From contig JBHLNS010000012.1 in assembly GCA_048941285.1 (NCBI GenBank), forward strand, positions 1-64,000: DNA of 64,000 nt, in the 5' to 3' direction. The position numbers were made by a program, and so were the translations under genes. This document shows positions 1 to 9,319 of this stretch, one piece after another. Source of the stretch: Promethearchaeota archaeon (lineage in GTDB: Archaea; Asgardarchaeota; Lokiarchaeia; Sigyniarchaeales; SOKP01). How positions within the stretch are numbered: the first letter of the stretch is position 1; the number at the start of each line of letters is the position of its first letter. Under the pieces are notes generated by a model. That model made no database searches. It was not told where the DNA came from and saw nothing but the letters and a program-made list of their open reading frames with translations.

Positions 1-1
1 T

Positions 2-1708
2 GGATTATATTTTATTATTACTGGATTAGCTATAGCTGGTAAATTTGAGGAGGCGCTCAACTTTTTTGAAAAAGCTGAGTTAGTATTAAAATCTATTTCA
101 AATGTTTCTAAAGAAATTATAACTCAAAGAAAAGCTCGTTTAAGTGTAACAAAAGCCTTTATTGGATTACATGGTGGTAAAGTTGATTTAATTGAGAAGT
201 CTTTAGTGTGGATCTTAGATTCACAAGAAAAATCCGATAAATCATTCGAAATCGTCTGGGCTAATCTTATAATGGCGAGTTATTTACTTCGAGTAAAAAG
301 TAAGTTTGATCTTTGTAGGGAGCACCTCAAAAAAGCATTATCTCTTGCAAAGGAAATTAAATTTAATCAAACCTGGATTGCTCTGTGTCACCTCTATTTT
401 GGAGGATATTATGTATCTATTGGCGAAATGGATAAGAGCTTGAAACATAACATAAAGGGTTTAGAATTATTTAAAAAGATAAAGAGTGGTTTTAATATTG
501 CAATTTTATTAAATAATATTGGGAATTTATATGGTGAAATGGGTGAATATGAACTTGCTGTGGAACATTTAGAGGAGAGTATAAATCTTTTAGAGCAGCT
601 TCCTCAAGGTTTTTTTTCTATTAAAGGCAGTGTAGAAAGTTTAATAACTTTAGCCGTTGAACATGGAGATAACGAGCGGGCTCAAAAATATTTTCGTCGT
701 TTTGAAGATATTTATAAACAGAAAAGAGGCGATGGAATTGATCTTGGTTACAAATTTGCTAAAGCCCTAATTTTAAAAACAAGCTCTCGAATCCGAGATA
801 AAGCAAAAGCTGAAGAATTATTCAAAGAACTTATAGAAACTGATACGATAGCTTTTGATGTTATTATAAAAGTTCATATACATCTTTGTGACTTACTTCT
901 CATGGAATACCGTATTGATAATGATAGTGAGATTCTTGATGAAATTAATCATTACATAGCCAAATTATTAACTATCGCGGAGAAACAAAAGTCATATTTA
1001 GTTTTCTGTGAAATCTTCATACTTAAAGCTAGATTAGCTTTATTAAATTTTGATATAAAATCGGCTCGAATGTTTTTGACTCAAGCACAGAAGATTGCAG
1101 AAACATATAGCATGAAACGCTTAGCAATGAAAATTTCCTTTGAACATGATGAATTGCTTAAAAGCTTAAATTTATGGGAGAAGTTAAAGGAATCAGAGGC
1201 ACCCTTATCTGAACGCTGGAAACTTGCCAAATTAGATGAGCAAATAAAAAATATGGTAAAAAAAAGAAAAATCGAGACTCCAGAACTTTCCGATGAAGAA
1301 CCTGTTTTTCTTTTAATTGTAACGGAAGGTGGTATCCCTTTTTTCTCTGAATCATTTATAGTGGATAGGGCTTTTGAAGATCACCTTTTTGGAGGTTTTT
1401 TTATGGCTATCAATTCTTTTATTAATGAGGTATTTTCTGAAGGGCTCGATCGTGCTTCTTTTGGTGAATACACGCTCCTCATGAATTCTATTCCACCTTT
1501 TTTAATGTGTTACGTGTATAGAGGTCAATCTTATTCTGCTCAGAACCGAATGAAGTCATTTATAAATGAAATCAAAAATAAAGAAGAACTCTGGGAAACC
1601 TTTAAGAAATTTTATCAAATGAATAGGAAGGTTGACATAAGAGACATTCCTTCATTAGGATCTCTCATACAAGAGATTTTTATCCAAAAAAATCTCCATA
1701 AACACTAG
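2..1708 (+). CDS. TPR-repeat protein with C-terminal longin-like domain (5'-truncated by the window edge)
   Basis: The frame is open from nt 2 (GLYFIITGLAIAGKFEEAL...) and aligns with the paralog at 1769, so the GTG at 206 is internal. TPR motifs are present (LLNNIGNLYGEMGEYELAVEHLEESI). The C-terminus has a longin-like pattern (LLIVTEGGIPFFS...LFGGFFMAINSF...FLMCYVY). Confidence 0.85.
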   Translation, partial: GLYFIITGLAIAGKFEEALNFFEKAELVLKSISNVSKEIITQRKARLSVTKAFIGLHGGKVDLIEKSLVWILDSQEKSDKSFEIVWANLIMASYLLRVKSKFDLCREHLKKALSLAKEIKFNQTWIALCHLYFGGYYVSIGEMDKSLKHNIKGLELFKKIKSGFNIAILLNNIGNLYGEMGEYELAVEHLEESINLLEQLPQGFFSIKGSVESLITLAVEHGDNERAQKYFRRFEDIYKQKRGDGIDLGYKFAKALILKTSSRIRDKAKAEELFKELIETDTIAFDVIIKVHIHLCDLLLMEYRIDNDSEILDEINHYIAKLLTIAEKQKSYLVFCEIFILKARLALLNFDIKSARMFLTQAQKIAETYSMKRLAMKISFEHDELLKSLNLWEKLKESEAPLSERWKLAKLDEQIKNMVKKRKIETPELSDEEPVFLLIVTEGGIPFFSESFIVDRAFEDHLFGGFFMAINSFINEVFSEGLDRASFGEYTLLMNSIPPFLMCYVYRGQSYSAQNRMKSFINEIKNKEELWETFKKFYQMNRKVDIRDIPSLGSLIQEIFIQKNLHKH

Positions 1709-1768
1709 ATTTAAAATGATAAGTAGCTTAATCTATTCATAAGGTTATAGTCCAAATTAATTAAATAG

Positions 1769-3718
1769 ATGTCAGATCCCTCGCTAAAGCAGTTACCAAG
1801 AGCAGAAGAACTTTTTAATGCTGGAAAGTTGGATGAAGCTCTTGAAATATTAAATGATTGGAGTCAATTTGAAGGACTTAATTCTCAACAAAAAGAATAT
1901 TTTCTGTCTCTTAAGGGCTTAATTCTAATATATCAGAATAAAGCTGAAGAACTAATTTCAATAGGAGAGTATATATTTAAAGAAGGGCAAAAACTTAATC
2001 GTAAACATCAATCATTTGATGGATTGTTTTTTATTATAATCGGATTATGTTTAGCTAATAAATATGATGAAACAGTCAAACTGATTGATGATGCTGAAGA
2101 TTTATTAAAGCAAATCTCCATTGAATTTGAAATAAATTTGACTCAAAAAATAATTCGATTAAAGCTGTTAAAAGCATTGAATAATTTCCTTTTAGGTAAT
2201 ATAAATTTAACAGAGAAATACTTAGAACAATCTTTACATTTACAAAATGAAGATGATAATTCATTCGAAATGGTTTGGGTTAATTTATTAATGGCACAAG
2301 TCATGTTTCAATCATACGCCAAATATGATCTTGCAATGAAATACACCAAGAAAGCAATAAAAATGGCTAAGAAAATAAGATTTAATCATTACTGGCTAGG
2401 TTTTTGTCATATCTCTCTAGGTGTGAATTATTTAAGCATATATGAAACTGAAATTGGGTTGAAACATCACATGAAGAGTTTAGCAATATTTCAAGAAATT
2501 AATAATAATTGGTACATAGCAGTTTTACTAAGTAATATAGGAATGGTATACTGTGATAAAGGAGAATACGACCTTGCATTGAAATATTTAGAAAAAAGTT
2601 TGATACTTTGGGAGCAATATCCTTTCCAGTTAGAGTCCTGTCTCTACAATTTGATATTCATAACTCTTGAGAAGGGAGATGATGAACTTACTCAAAAATA
2701 TTTTCATCGATTGGAAAATATATATAATCAGAAGAAAGGAGTTCACATTGAACTTTTTTATAAATATGTTAAAGCTTTAATGCTAAAAAGAAGCACTCGA
2801 ATCCGGGATAAAGCTAAAGCTGAAGAATTATTAAAACAAATCATTGAAACAGAAGCTATATATTTGGAGGTTACTAGAGATGCTTTGGTTTGTCTTTGTG
2901 ATTTACTTCTCTCAGAATTTCGTATAAGTATAAATAATGAAGTTCTCGAGGAAATCAATGTTTACATTGCTAAATTGGTAAATATCGCTGAAAAAACACA
3001 TTCTTTTCAAGTTTTTTGTGAAACTTTCATATTAAAAGCCAAATTATCTTTGTTAAATTTTAAAACGAAAGAAGCCCAACGCTTTTTGACTCAAGCTCAG
3101 AAGATAGCAGAGAAATATGGTATAAAACGCTTAGCAATGAAAATTTCATATATACATGATGAATTGATAAAACAGCTCAAGGTATGGGAAAAATTAAAGG
3201 AATCGGACGCTGATCTATCTGAACGCTGGAAACTTGCGGGATTAAATGAGCAAATGGAAACAATGGTAAAAAAATTAAAAACTGATGTTCCCGAGCATGA
3301 AGATGAGGAGCCTATTCTACTTCTAATTGTATCAGAAGGCGGTATACCATTTTTCTCTCAATCATTTATAGAGGATAAAAGTTTTGAAGATCATCTTTTT
3401 GGTGGTTTTTTTACAGCTATTAATTCCTTTGTTAATGAAATGTTTTCTGAAGGGCTTGATCGTGCTTCTTTCGGAAATTATACACTTCTTATGAATTCCA
3501 TTTCACCTTTTTTAATGTGTTACATATATAAAGGTCAATCATACTCAGCTCAGAACCGAATAACAACATTTATAAATGAAATCAAGAGTAAAAAAGGACT
3601 TTGGGATACGTTTGAAAAATTTTACCAATTAAACAGAAAAGTTCAAATAAAAGATATCCCTTCACTAGAACCTCTTATTAAAGATATTTTTATGAAGAAA
3701 CAATTCATTGATCACTAG
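1769..3718 (+). CDS. TPR-repeat protein with C-terminal longin-like domain (tandem paralog)
   Basis: 649-aa ORF with TPR helices. The C-terminal half is very similar to the upstream gene (RIRDKAKAEEL, EGGIPFFS, FEDHLFGGFF, GLDRASFG). Confidence 0.88.
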   Translation: MSDPSLKQLPRAEELFNAGKLDEALEILNDWSQFEGLNSQQKEYFLSLKGLILIYQNKAEELISIGEYIFKEGQKLNRKHQSFDGLFFIIIGLCLANKYDETVKLIDDAEDLLKQISIEFEINLTQKIIRLKLLKALNNFLLGNINLTEKYLEQSLHLQNEDDNSFEMVWVNLLMAQVMFQSYAKYDLAMKYTKKAIKMAKKIRFNHYWLGFCHISLGVNYLSIYETEIGLKHHMKSLAIFQEINNNWYIAVLLSNIGMVYCDKGEYDLALKYLEKSLILWEQYPFQLESCLYNLIFITLEKGDDELTQKYFHRLENIYNQKKGVHIELFYKYVKALMLKRSTRIRDKAKAEELLKQIIETEAIYLEVTRDALVCLCDLLLSEFRISINNEVLEEINVYIAKLVNIAEKTHSFQVFCETFILKAKLSLLNFKTKEAQRFLTQAQKIAEKYGIKRLAMKISYIHDELIKQLKVWEKLKESDADLSERWKLAGLNEQMETMVKKLKTDVPEHEDEEPILLLIVSEGGIPFFSQSFIEDKSFEDHLFGGFFTAINSFVNEMFSEGLDRASFGNYTLLMNSISPFLMCYIYKGQSYSAQNRITTFINEIKSKKGLWDTFEKFYQLNRKVQIKDIPSLEPLIKDIFMKKQFIDH

Positions 3719-3793
3719 ATTTAAACTTTTGAATAGTTTTATATGGTCTAAAGAAAAAAAAGAGTCTAAATTCTTTTAAAAATTTATTTTGCT

Positions 3794-3829
3794 AAAATTT
3801 TATATTACACAATGCCTACTTTTACATTA
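3794..3829 (+). promoter_or_regulatory. Putative BRE/TATA promoter of small GTPase gene 1
   Basis: AAAATTTTATATT at 3794-3806 and TTACATTA at 3822-3829. Both motifs recur at the same 28-nt spacing upstream of the paralog (11840, 11868). Confidence 0.6.
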
Positions 3830-3866
3830 TAGGTAAAATATAATTTGATAAACACTAACTAATCCG

Positions 3867-4421
3867 ATGACTAATTTTCATGAATTTGAATTTAAAATAT
3901 CCATAATAGGAGATGGAGGAGTCGGTAAAACATCACTAATAAAAAAATTTACCAAAGGAACTTTTGAAAAGGATTATATCAAGACTATAGGTGCCCAATT
4001 TTCCAGATATGACAAAGAGATTAATGGGGATTTAATAAATTTGATATTTTGGGATATAGCTGGTCAAGATGATTTTAATTTTCTTCATCCCCTATTTTAC
4101 AAAGAGAGTAGAGCTGGTCTTATTGTATATAGCCTCGAAGCAAATGATTTGGGAGAAGAAAGCTTTACACACGTAACGAATTGGTATCATGAATTAAAAA
4201 AGTATTGTGGTGATATTCCCGTTGTTTTATTTGCCAACAAAGTTGATTTGGTGGATGAGGATAACTTAAATGAAGCTAAAATTCAGAAATTAGTTAAGGA
4301 ATATAATTTTCTGGGATATTATATAACTTCCGCGAAGACTGGACAGGGAGTAATAGACGCATTTAACGCAATTATAGAAAAGCTGTATAATAATTATAAA
4401 AAATTATCTAAATCATTATAA
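3867..4421 (+). CDS. Rab/Ras-like small GTPase
   Basis: G1 GDGGVGKT, G2 YIKTIG, G3 WDIAGQ, G4 NKVD, G5 TSAK. No C-terminal Cys prenylation motif. Confidence 0.95.
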   Translation: MTNFHEFEFKISIIGDGGVGKTSLIKKFTKGTFEKDYIKTIGAQFSRYDKEINGDLINLIFWDIAGQDDFNFLHPLFYKESRAGLIVYSLEANDLGEESFTHVTNWYHELKKYCGDIPVVLFANKVDLVDEDNLNEAKIQKLVKEYNFLGYYITSAKTGQGVIDAFNAIIEKLYNNYKKLSKSL

Positions 4422-4428
4422 CCTGGTT

Positions 4429-6330
4429 TTATTCCTCTCTAATCTGCATAATCTCAGCAAGAAAGAGATCTGCTATTGTGAGCCATTTTTGTTTAGTTTC
4501 AGGGTCAGAAGTACTTTTTTTCGTTAAAATTTTACCTTTTTCGAGATTTTTTACAGCTAAGTCGAAATTGTCAAGTTCTTTATAACAAATTCCTAGTTTA
4601 ATATATGTTTGATTAATATACCACTCATCAGCAGCTACATTAATTGCTTTTTGGAATTTCTTAACTGCTTCCTCATAGTCTTCGTAATACATTAAAATTT
4701 CCCCATAGGTGTCGTGATAAGTTCCATTATCAGGTACTTTTTTAGTTATATCTTCCATAATTGCTATTGATTCATCTCTCTTATCTAAATAATGCAGCCA
4801 ATAAGCCTTATAGTTAAAAAGATCTGTATTTTTAGGATATTTCTTAATTAAATCATTAATAATATCTAAACCCGCATCAACTTTTCGCATTCTTCTAAGT
4901 ACTGAAGCCTGCTTCATTTTAATATCCATTTCATCATCAGGAAAAATTTCTAGCATTTCATCTAATAAATTCAAGACTTCATTGAGCTTTTCATAATAAA
5001 TCAAAATCCCTATCTTAGAATTATATAATGTAAGATTATTTGGATCTTTCTTAATATCTCTATCAATCTCTCTTATTTTTTCTTGAAATTGTTCTCCTGT
5101 AGGTTTAGTACCTTTCGATTGAAATATTTCCATCATATCCTGCCATATTATTCCCTCCAATTTATCATATGTTTCTTTTAATTCAACCTTTGCTTCAATC
5201 TTATAGGCTAGATAATTAATATAATCTGGCAAAAATTCTCTTAACGGTCCTTTTAGTTTTTTCTTAAATAATGTTTTGCAGATATCTTCTAAGACATTAT
5301 CTATAGTAGCACGTATATCTAAGGATCTTGAAAATAATTTGTTTAAATAAGTAAATTTAGTTATGTGATCCTCTGTAATTGTTCTTAGCATTATCTCTAA
5401 TCTCTCGTTTTCCTGGAAATAATAATACTTATCTGGGGGTACAATTAACTTGAAAAATTTAATCGGATATATTTGATTCTCAACAATTTCATCAATGTAA
5501 TACTCAAGTTTTGAATCCTTTATTCCATAGGCGCTTGAAAAATCTTCTTTCGAGATATAATCAGGATATTGATCTGGATGGTTAATTGAAAGAAAAAGGA
5601 GAATCTTATCAAATTCCTCCTCTTCTGTTAACATCGATTTAACTCTAGTATAATCTAATCTTAGAACATTATGAAGGAATCTAAATTGAATATCTTCATC
5701 ATTGATGTTGTAGTTGTCAAAAAAATTAATTGTTTTTTTAGTAATTTCTTCAATCCGTTTACTTTCTTCATCGAGAATTGATTGTCTGTCTAAGTCGTAG
5801 TTTTGGAGCATCCTTGAGTATTCTAATTTACCTGATTGTGTAATACTATACCTCTTGTTTTCTTTTGCTACAAATCCTTTATCTATTAATAAATTCATAT
5901 TTTTTGATAAAGATGATTGGTTAATTGAAAGAGGTTCTTCAAGAAAATTAGACCATTTTAAATAGCTATTATTATAAACCATCCATAATATCCAATGGTC
6001 ATAGTTTCTTCTCCTTTTAATAACATCTGGTGGATAATTCAATTTCCTTTTTTTCTTAAGTGCCCCAGAAATCTCATTAAATCTATTTTGACCCTCTGGA
6101 GTTATCTTATAATGGCCTCGGGAATAATTATCGACATAACCTCGCCCTTTTAACATAGAGAGATATTTTGATAGAGTAGATAAGCGAAGTTCAAGTGGTT
6201 TATCAGTGAAATCTGACCATTGGCATTCTTCATTATTATTTAGCATCCAAAGTATAATATGTTCAAAATTTTTTTTTCCAAACGTGGGAGTTTTATATAT
6301 CTCTTCGGGAGGATAATTAATTACACTCAT
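4429..6330 (-). CDS. Tandem winged-helix (MarR/ArsR-like) plus C-terminal TPR protein, putative transcription regulator
   Basis: Two repeats of NYPP...IILWM.NN...W..F...PL.I..S.LSK....L...G(Y/F)V.....Y.IT..G. C-terminal TPRs (YHDTYGEILMYYEDYEEAVKKFQKAI). Confidence 0.8.
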   Translation of the reverse strand: MSVINYPPEEIYKTPTFGKKNFEHIILWMLNNNEECQWSDFTDKPLELRLSTLSKYLSMLKGRGYVDNYSRGHYKITPEGQNRFNEISGALKKKRKLNYPPDVIKRRRNYDHWILWMVYNNSYLKWSNFLEEPLSINQSSLSKNMNLLIDKGFVAKENKRYSITQSGKLEYSRMLQNYDLDRQSILDEESKRIEEITKKTINFFDNYNINDEDIQFRFLHNVLRLDYTRVKSMLTEEEEFDKILLFLSINHPDQYPDYISKEDFSSAYGIKDSKLEYYIDEIVENQIYPIKFFKLIVPPDKYYYFQENERLEIMLRTITEDHITKFTYLNKLFSRSLDIRATIDNVLEDICKTLFKKKLKGPLREFLPDYINYLAYKIEAKVELKETYDKLEGIIWQDMMEIFQSKGTKPTGEQFQEKIREIDRDIKKDPNNLTLYNSKIGILIYYEKLNEVLNLLDEMLEIFPDDEMDIKMKQASVLRRMRKVDAGLDIINDLIKKYPKNTDLFNYKAYWLHYLDKRDESIAIMEDITKKVPDNGTYHDTYGEILMYYEDYEEAVKKFQKAINVAADEWYINQTYIKLGICYKELDNFDLAVKNLEKGKILTKKSTSDPETKQKWLTIADLFLAEIMQIREE

Positions 6331-6691
6331 AAATTAGGAATTCTCCGATTAAATTCTTTAATTATTGATAGATAGGTTATTTGATTATTTAAATGGTTTC
6401 CTATAGCTTCGAACTTCACAAAAAGTTTCATAATTAAAACTATATATCGAAGTTTATCTATATTAAAATTAAGAAAAAACCAAAAAAAGGTTGATAATAA
6501 TGAAAAGAAAAGAAAAATCACAATTAATAATAAGAAATATTGGATATCATTCCATCCAAGCAATTTGTAAATAATTTTTTTTAATTTTTTATTCTTTTTC
6601 TCGTAATTTTTAGAACTGAACTATTAAAAATTGGAGTCCACTTTCTTTTACTAGCATTAAATATCAATGTCCCTACTTTAAGGAGTAATTA

Positions 6692-6820
6692 GTGAATAAA
6701 ACTGATAAATTCTTTTTATGGTGTTACCTTGTCATCGCAATAAGTTTTGGAATCTTTCTTTTAGCTGGTGGCTGGAAGATAGCATTAATTTTACTAGTCT
6801 TGCTTAATGGAGGAATATAA
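6692..6820 (+). CDS. Small 42-aa predicted membrane protein (not in the ORF track)
   Basis: AAGGAG Shine-Dalgarno followed by GTG. Translation MNKTDKFFLWCYLVIAISFGIFLLAGGWKIALILLVLLNGGI has two hydrophobic segments around a GG turn. Confidence 0.5.
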   Translation: MNKTDKFFLWCYLVIAISFGIFLLAGGWKIALILLVLLNGGI

Positions 6821-6912
6821 AAGCTTTAATGTCAATTTTATTGATATCTTTTTCTTTTTATTTTCTAATACTATTTTCATTAATTATTTAGGCTTAATTT
6901 GAAATTAGATAA

Positions 6913-7395
6913 TTACCAACAACTGGGATCAAAGAATTTTTTATATTTTTTTAACCATGAACAAAATGAATACTTAGAATAATCTTCAGTAATTTCTTCT
7001 CCTTGTTGAATATCTTTTATAGTAACAGCACAAAATCCATTTTCATCTTCAGATGCACCAGAATTAGCATTAAAAGAATGATTTACATATCTAGAGTTAT
7101 CCAAACAATAAACTAAAGCATCCAGGTCTCTTTCATAATAAGAATAAGTAAGAAGATTTTCCATAAAATTATTCATTATAGCTGTTTTATAAGAGGAATC
7201 CAGAATTGTAAATTGTTTTTTTGTTATAACTAACACATCTTGTGGTCGTGCATGCCACCAAATTGTTCCTTTCGCTATAAATTTCTTTGCAAATAAACCT
7301 AAACCATGAATATCACTTGCTTTAACTTCAGTATGTTCAACAATAGGATTGATAGGTTTTTTATTATATGGTATATCTATACCTTTCATTTTCAT
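6913..7395 (-). CDS. SET-domain protein (putative protein-lysine methyltransferase)
   Basis: SET motifs: S.IHGLGLFA...I.KG, RYVNHS..AN, and IKDIQQGEEITEDY. Confidence 0.9.
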   Translation of the reverse strand: MKMKGIDIPYNKKPINPIVEHTEVKASDIHGLGLFAKKFIAKGTIWWHARPQDVLVITKKQFTILDSSYKTAIMNNFMENLLTYSYYERDLDALVYCLDNSRYVNHSFNANSGASEDENGFCAVTIKDIQQGEEITEDYSKYSFCSWLKKYKKFFDPSCW

Positions 7396-7496
7396 ATTAA
7401 TAGTAAAGAACTTATTTTTACATTTTGATAATTAAGGACATTTTTTAATAATTATTTCTGCAAATGTGAAAATCACTAGTAAAATTCAAATAATAT

Positions 7497-9305
7497 TTGT
7501 TTACTTTCTCTTTTATGACGCAACAAATCATCAAATGGGATTTAAGCGATTTTTATGTAAGTATAAACGATCCGCAAATTGAAAAGGATATTAAAGAATT
7601 AGAAAATTTAGCTGAAAATTTTTATCAAAAAGTCAAAGGAAGGTTAAAGGATCCCTCATTAACTTCAAAACTACTTCTAGAATTGTATAAAGAGTATGAA
7701 GCAATTTTAGAGAAATTATTTTACTTTGAAACTTATTCTACATTACTTTATAGAATTAATAGTCTAAATGATGATGTTAAATCTTTTTTCGCTAAAATAG
7801 ACGAATTTAAGGTTAAAATTCAACAAAAGCTTTTGTTTTTTGATTTAGAACTAAATGAAATTTCTGACACCAAATTTGAAGAATTCATTAATTCGCCAGA
7901 TTTGATAAATTATTCTCATGCTCTTAAATTCAATAGATTGAAAAAGCCACATCAACTCTCTGAAAAAGAAGAACAGATAATTTTAATGAAGGATATCACC
8001 GGAGTTAATGGATTCCAAAAGTTATATAGTGAATTAAAAAGTAGTTTCTTATTTGATTTTGAAATTGATGGAGAAGTAAAGCAGCTTACTGAAGCAGAAC
8101 TTTTTTCTTTTATGTATCAAGGAGACAAGGATCGTCGATATAAAGCCTTACAAACAATGATGAGTAAATACAAAGAACACGAAATGGTTTTTACACATAT
8201 TTATAATAATATCTTAAAAAACTGGGATTTAGAGTCCAAAAAGAAAAATTTTAAAAAGCCAATTTCCAGAAGAAACTTAGAAAACGAAGTTAGCGATGAA
8301 ATTGTTGAAATTCTTGGAGAGGTCACAACTGAAAGTTATCATATTGTTGAAAAATATTATAACATAAAAAGGAAACTCCTAAACCTTACTGAATTACATA
8401 TTTCTGATATATATTGTCCAGTTGGACAAGTTGTAAGGAGATACTCCTATCAAGAAGCTTTGGAATTGATAAAGGATTCAGTTACAAACTTTTATCCTGA
8501 ATTTAGAAATATTGTAGAAAAAATGGTCGAATTAAACCATATAGATGCTACACCAAGACAAGGAAAAAATAGAGGTGCTTTTTGTGCTCATGGAAAACAA
8601 AAACAATATGGATTTGTTTTTGTAAATTTTGAGAATACCGTGAGTTCAGTAAGTGCTTTAGCTCATGAACTTGGTCATGCTTTCCATGCTTACTATATAC
8701 AGCAAAATCAAAATTTTATGAATATAGATACTTCACTCGTCGTTGCAGAAATAGCTTCTGTATTTAATGAAATTTTAACTTTTGATTATTTAATGGAGAC
8801 AAATCTATCTAAAGAAGAAAAAATTTTGTTGCTTTGCACTTTTATTGAAAGAAATTTTAGCACTTCTCATAGACAAAATGCTTTCTATAGATTTGAAAAG
8901 GTTCTTCATGATTTATTAGAACAAAAGCTTCCTACCACTGAAGAATATCAAAACGCATTTGTGAAGGAAATTGAAATGATGTTTAGAAATTCTATAGTAA
9001 ATATTAAAGAAGAATATGCTACCTATTGTTTTGTTGTTTCACATTTTCTTCAAGTTCCTTTCTATGTCTATGCATATAATATGGCTAATCTTTTAGTAAT
9101 TTCAATTTATCAATTATATCTTGAGCAAAAGGAAGAATTTGTACCAAAATATCTAAAATTGCTGTGTATTGGGAGTTCACTTTCTCCAGAGGAAATGCTG
9201 TCTGAAATTGGCATAAATTTAAATGATCCATCATTTTGGGCAAAAGGAATTAAGTTTCTTTCGGATAAAATTGATGAGTTAGAATCTTTAGTTCAAAAAA
9301 ATTAA
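7497..9305 (+). CDS. pepF: Oligoendopeptidase F (M3B family)
   Basis: N-terminal WDLSDFY, PRQGKNRGAF, HELGH zinc motif, AEIAS..NE, and HF...FYVYAY. The true start may be the ATG of MTQQ. Confidence 0.9.
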   Translation: MFTFSFMTQQIIKWDLSDFYVSINDPQIEKDIKELENLAENFYQKVKGRLKDPSLTSKLLLELYKEYEAILEKLFYFETYSTLLYRINSLNDDVKSFFAKIDEFKVKIQQKLLFFDLELNEISDTKFEEFINSPDLINYSHALKFNRLKKPHQLSEKEEQIILMKDITGVNGFQKLYSELKSSFLFDFEIDGEVKQLTEAELFSFMYQGDKDRRYKALQTMMSKYKEHEMVFTHIYNNILKNWDLESKKKNFKKPISRRNLENEVSDEIVEILGEVTTESYHIVEKYYNIKRKLLNLTELHISDIYCPVGQVVRRYSYQEALELIKDSVTNFYPEFRNIVEKMVELNHIDATPRQGKNRGAFCAHGKQKQYGFVFVNFENTVSSVSALAHELGHAFHAYYIQQNQNFMNIDTSLVVAEIASVFNEILTFDYLMETNLSKEEKILLLCTFIERNFSTSHRQNAFYRFEKVLHDLLEQKLPTTEEYQNAFVKEIEMMFRNSIVNIKEEYATYCFVVSHFLQVPFYVYAYNMANLLVISIYQLYLEQKEEFVPKYLKLLCIGSSLSPEEMLSEIGINLNDPSFWAKGIKFLSDKIDELESLVQKN

Positions 9306-9319
9306 CTTTTTTCTTTTTT

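Noticed and set aside
6327-6563. 78-aa hydrophobic ORF upstream of the wHTH-TPR gene
   Set aside because: Its Phe/Leu/Ile bias is what an A/T-tract promoter region yields, and no equivalent is seen at the paralog. Not fully excluded.
7497-9305. pepF as the dedicated RiPP leader protease
   Set aside because: It is a common housekeeping peptidase lying about 4 kb away with intervening genes, so there is no evidence of linkage.
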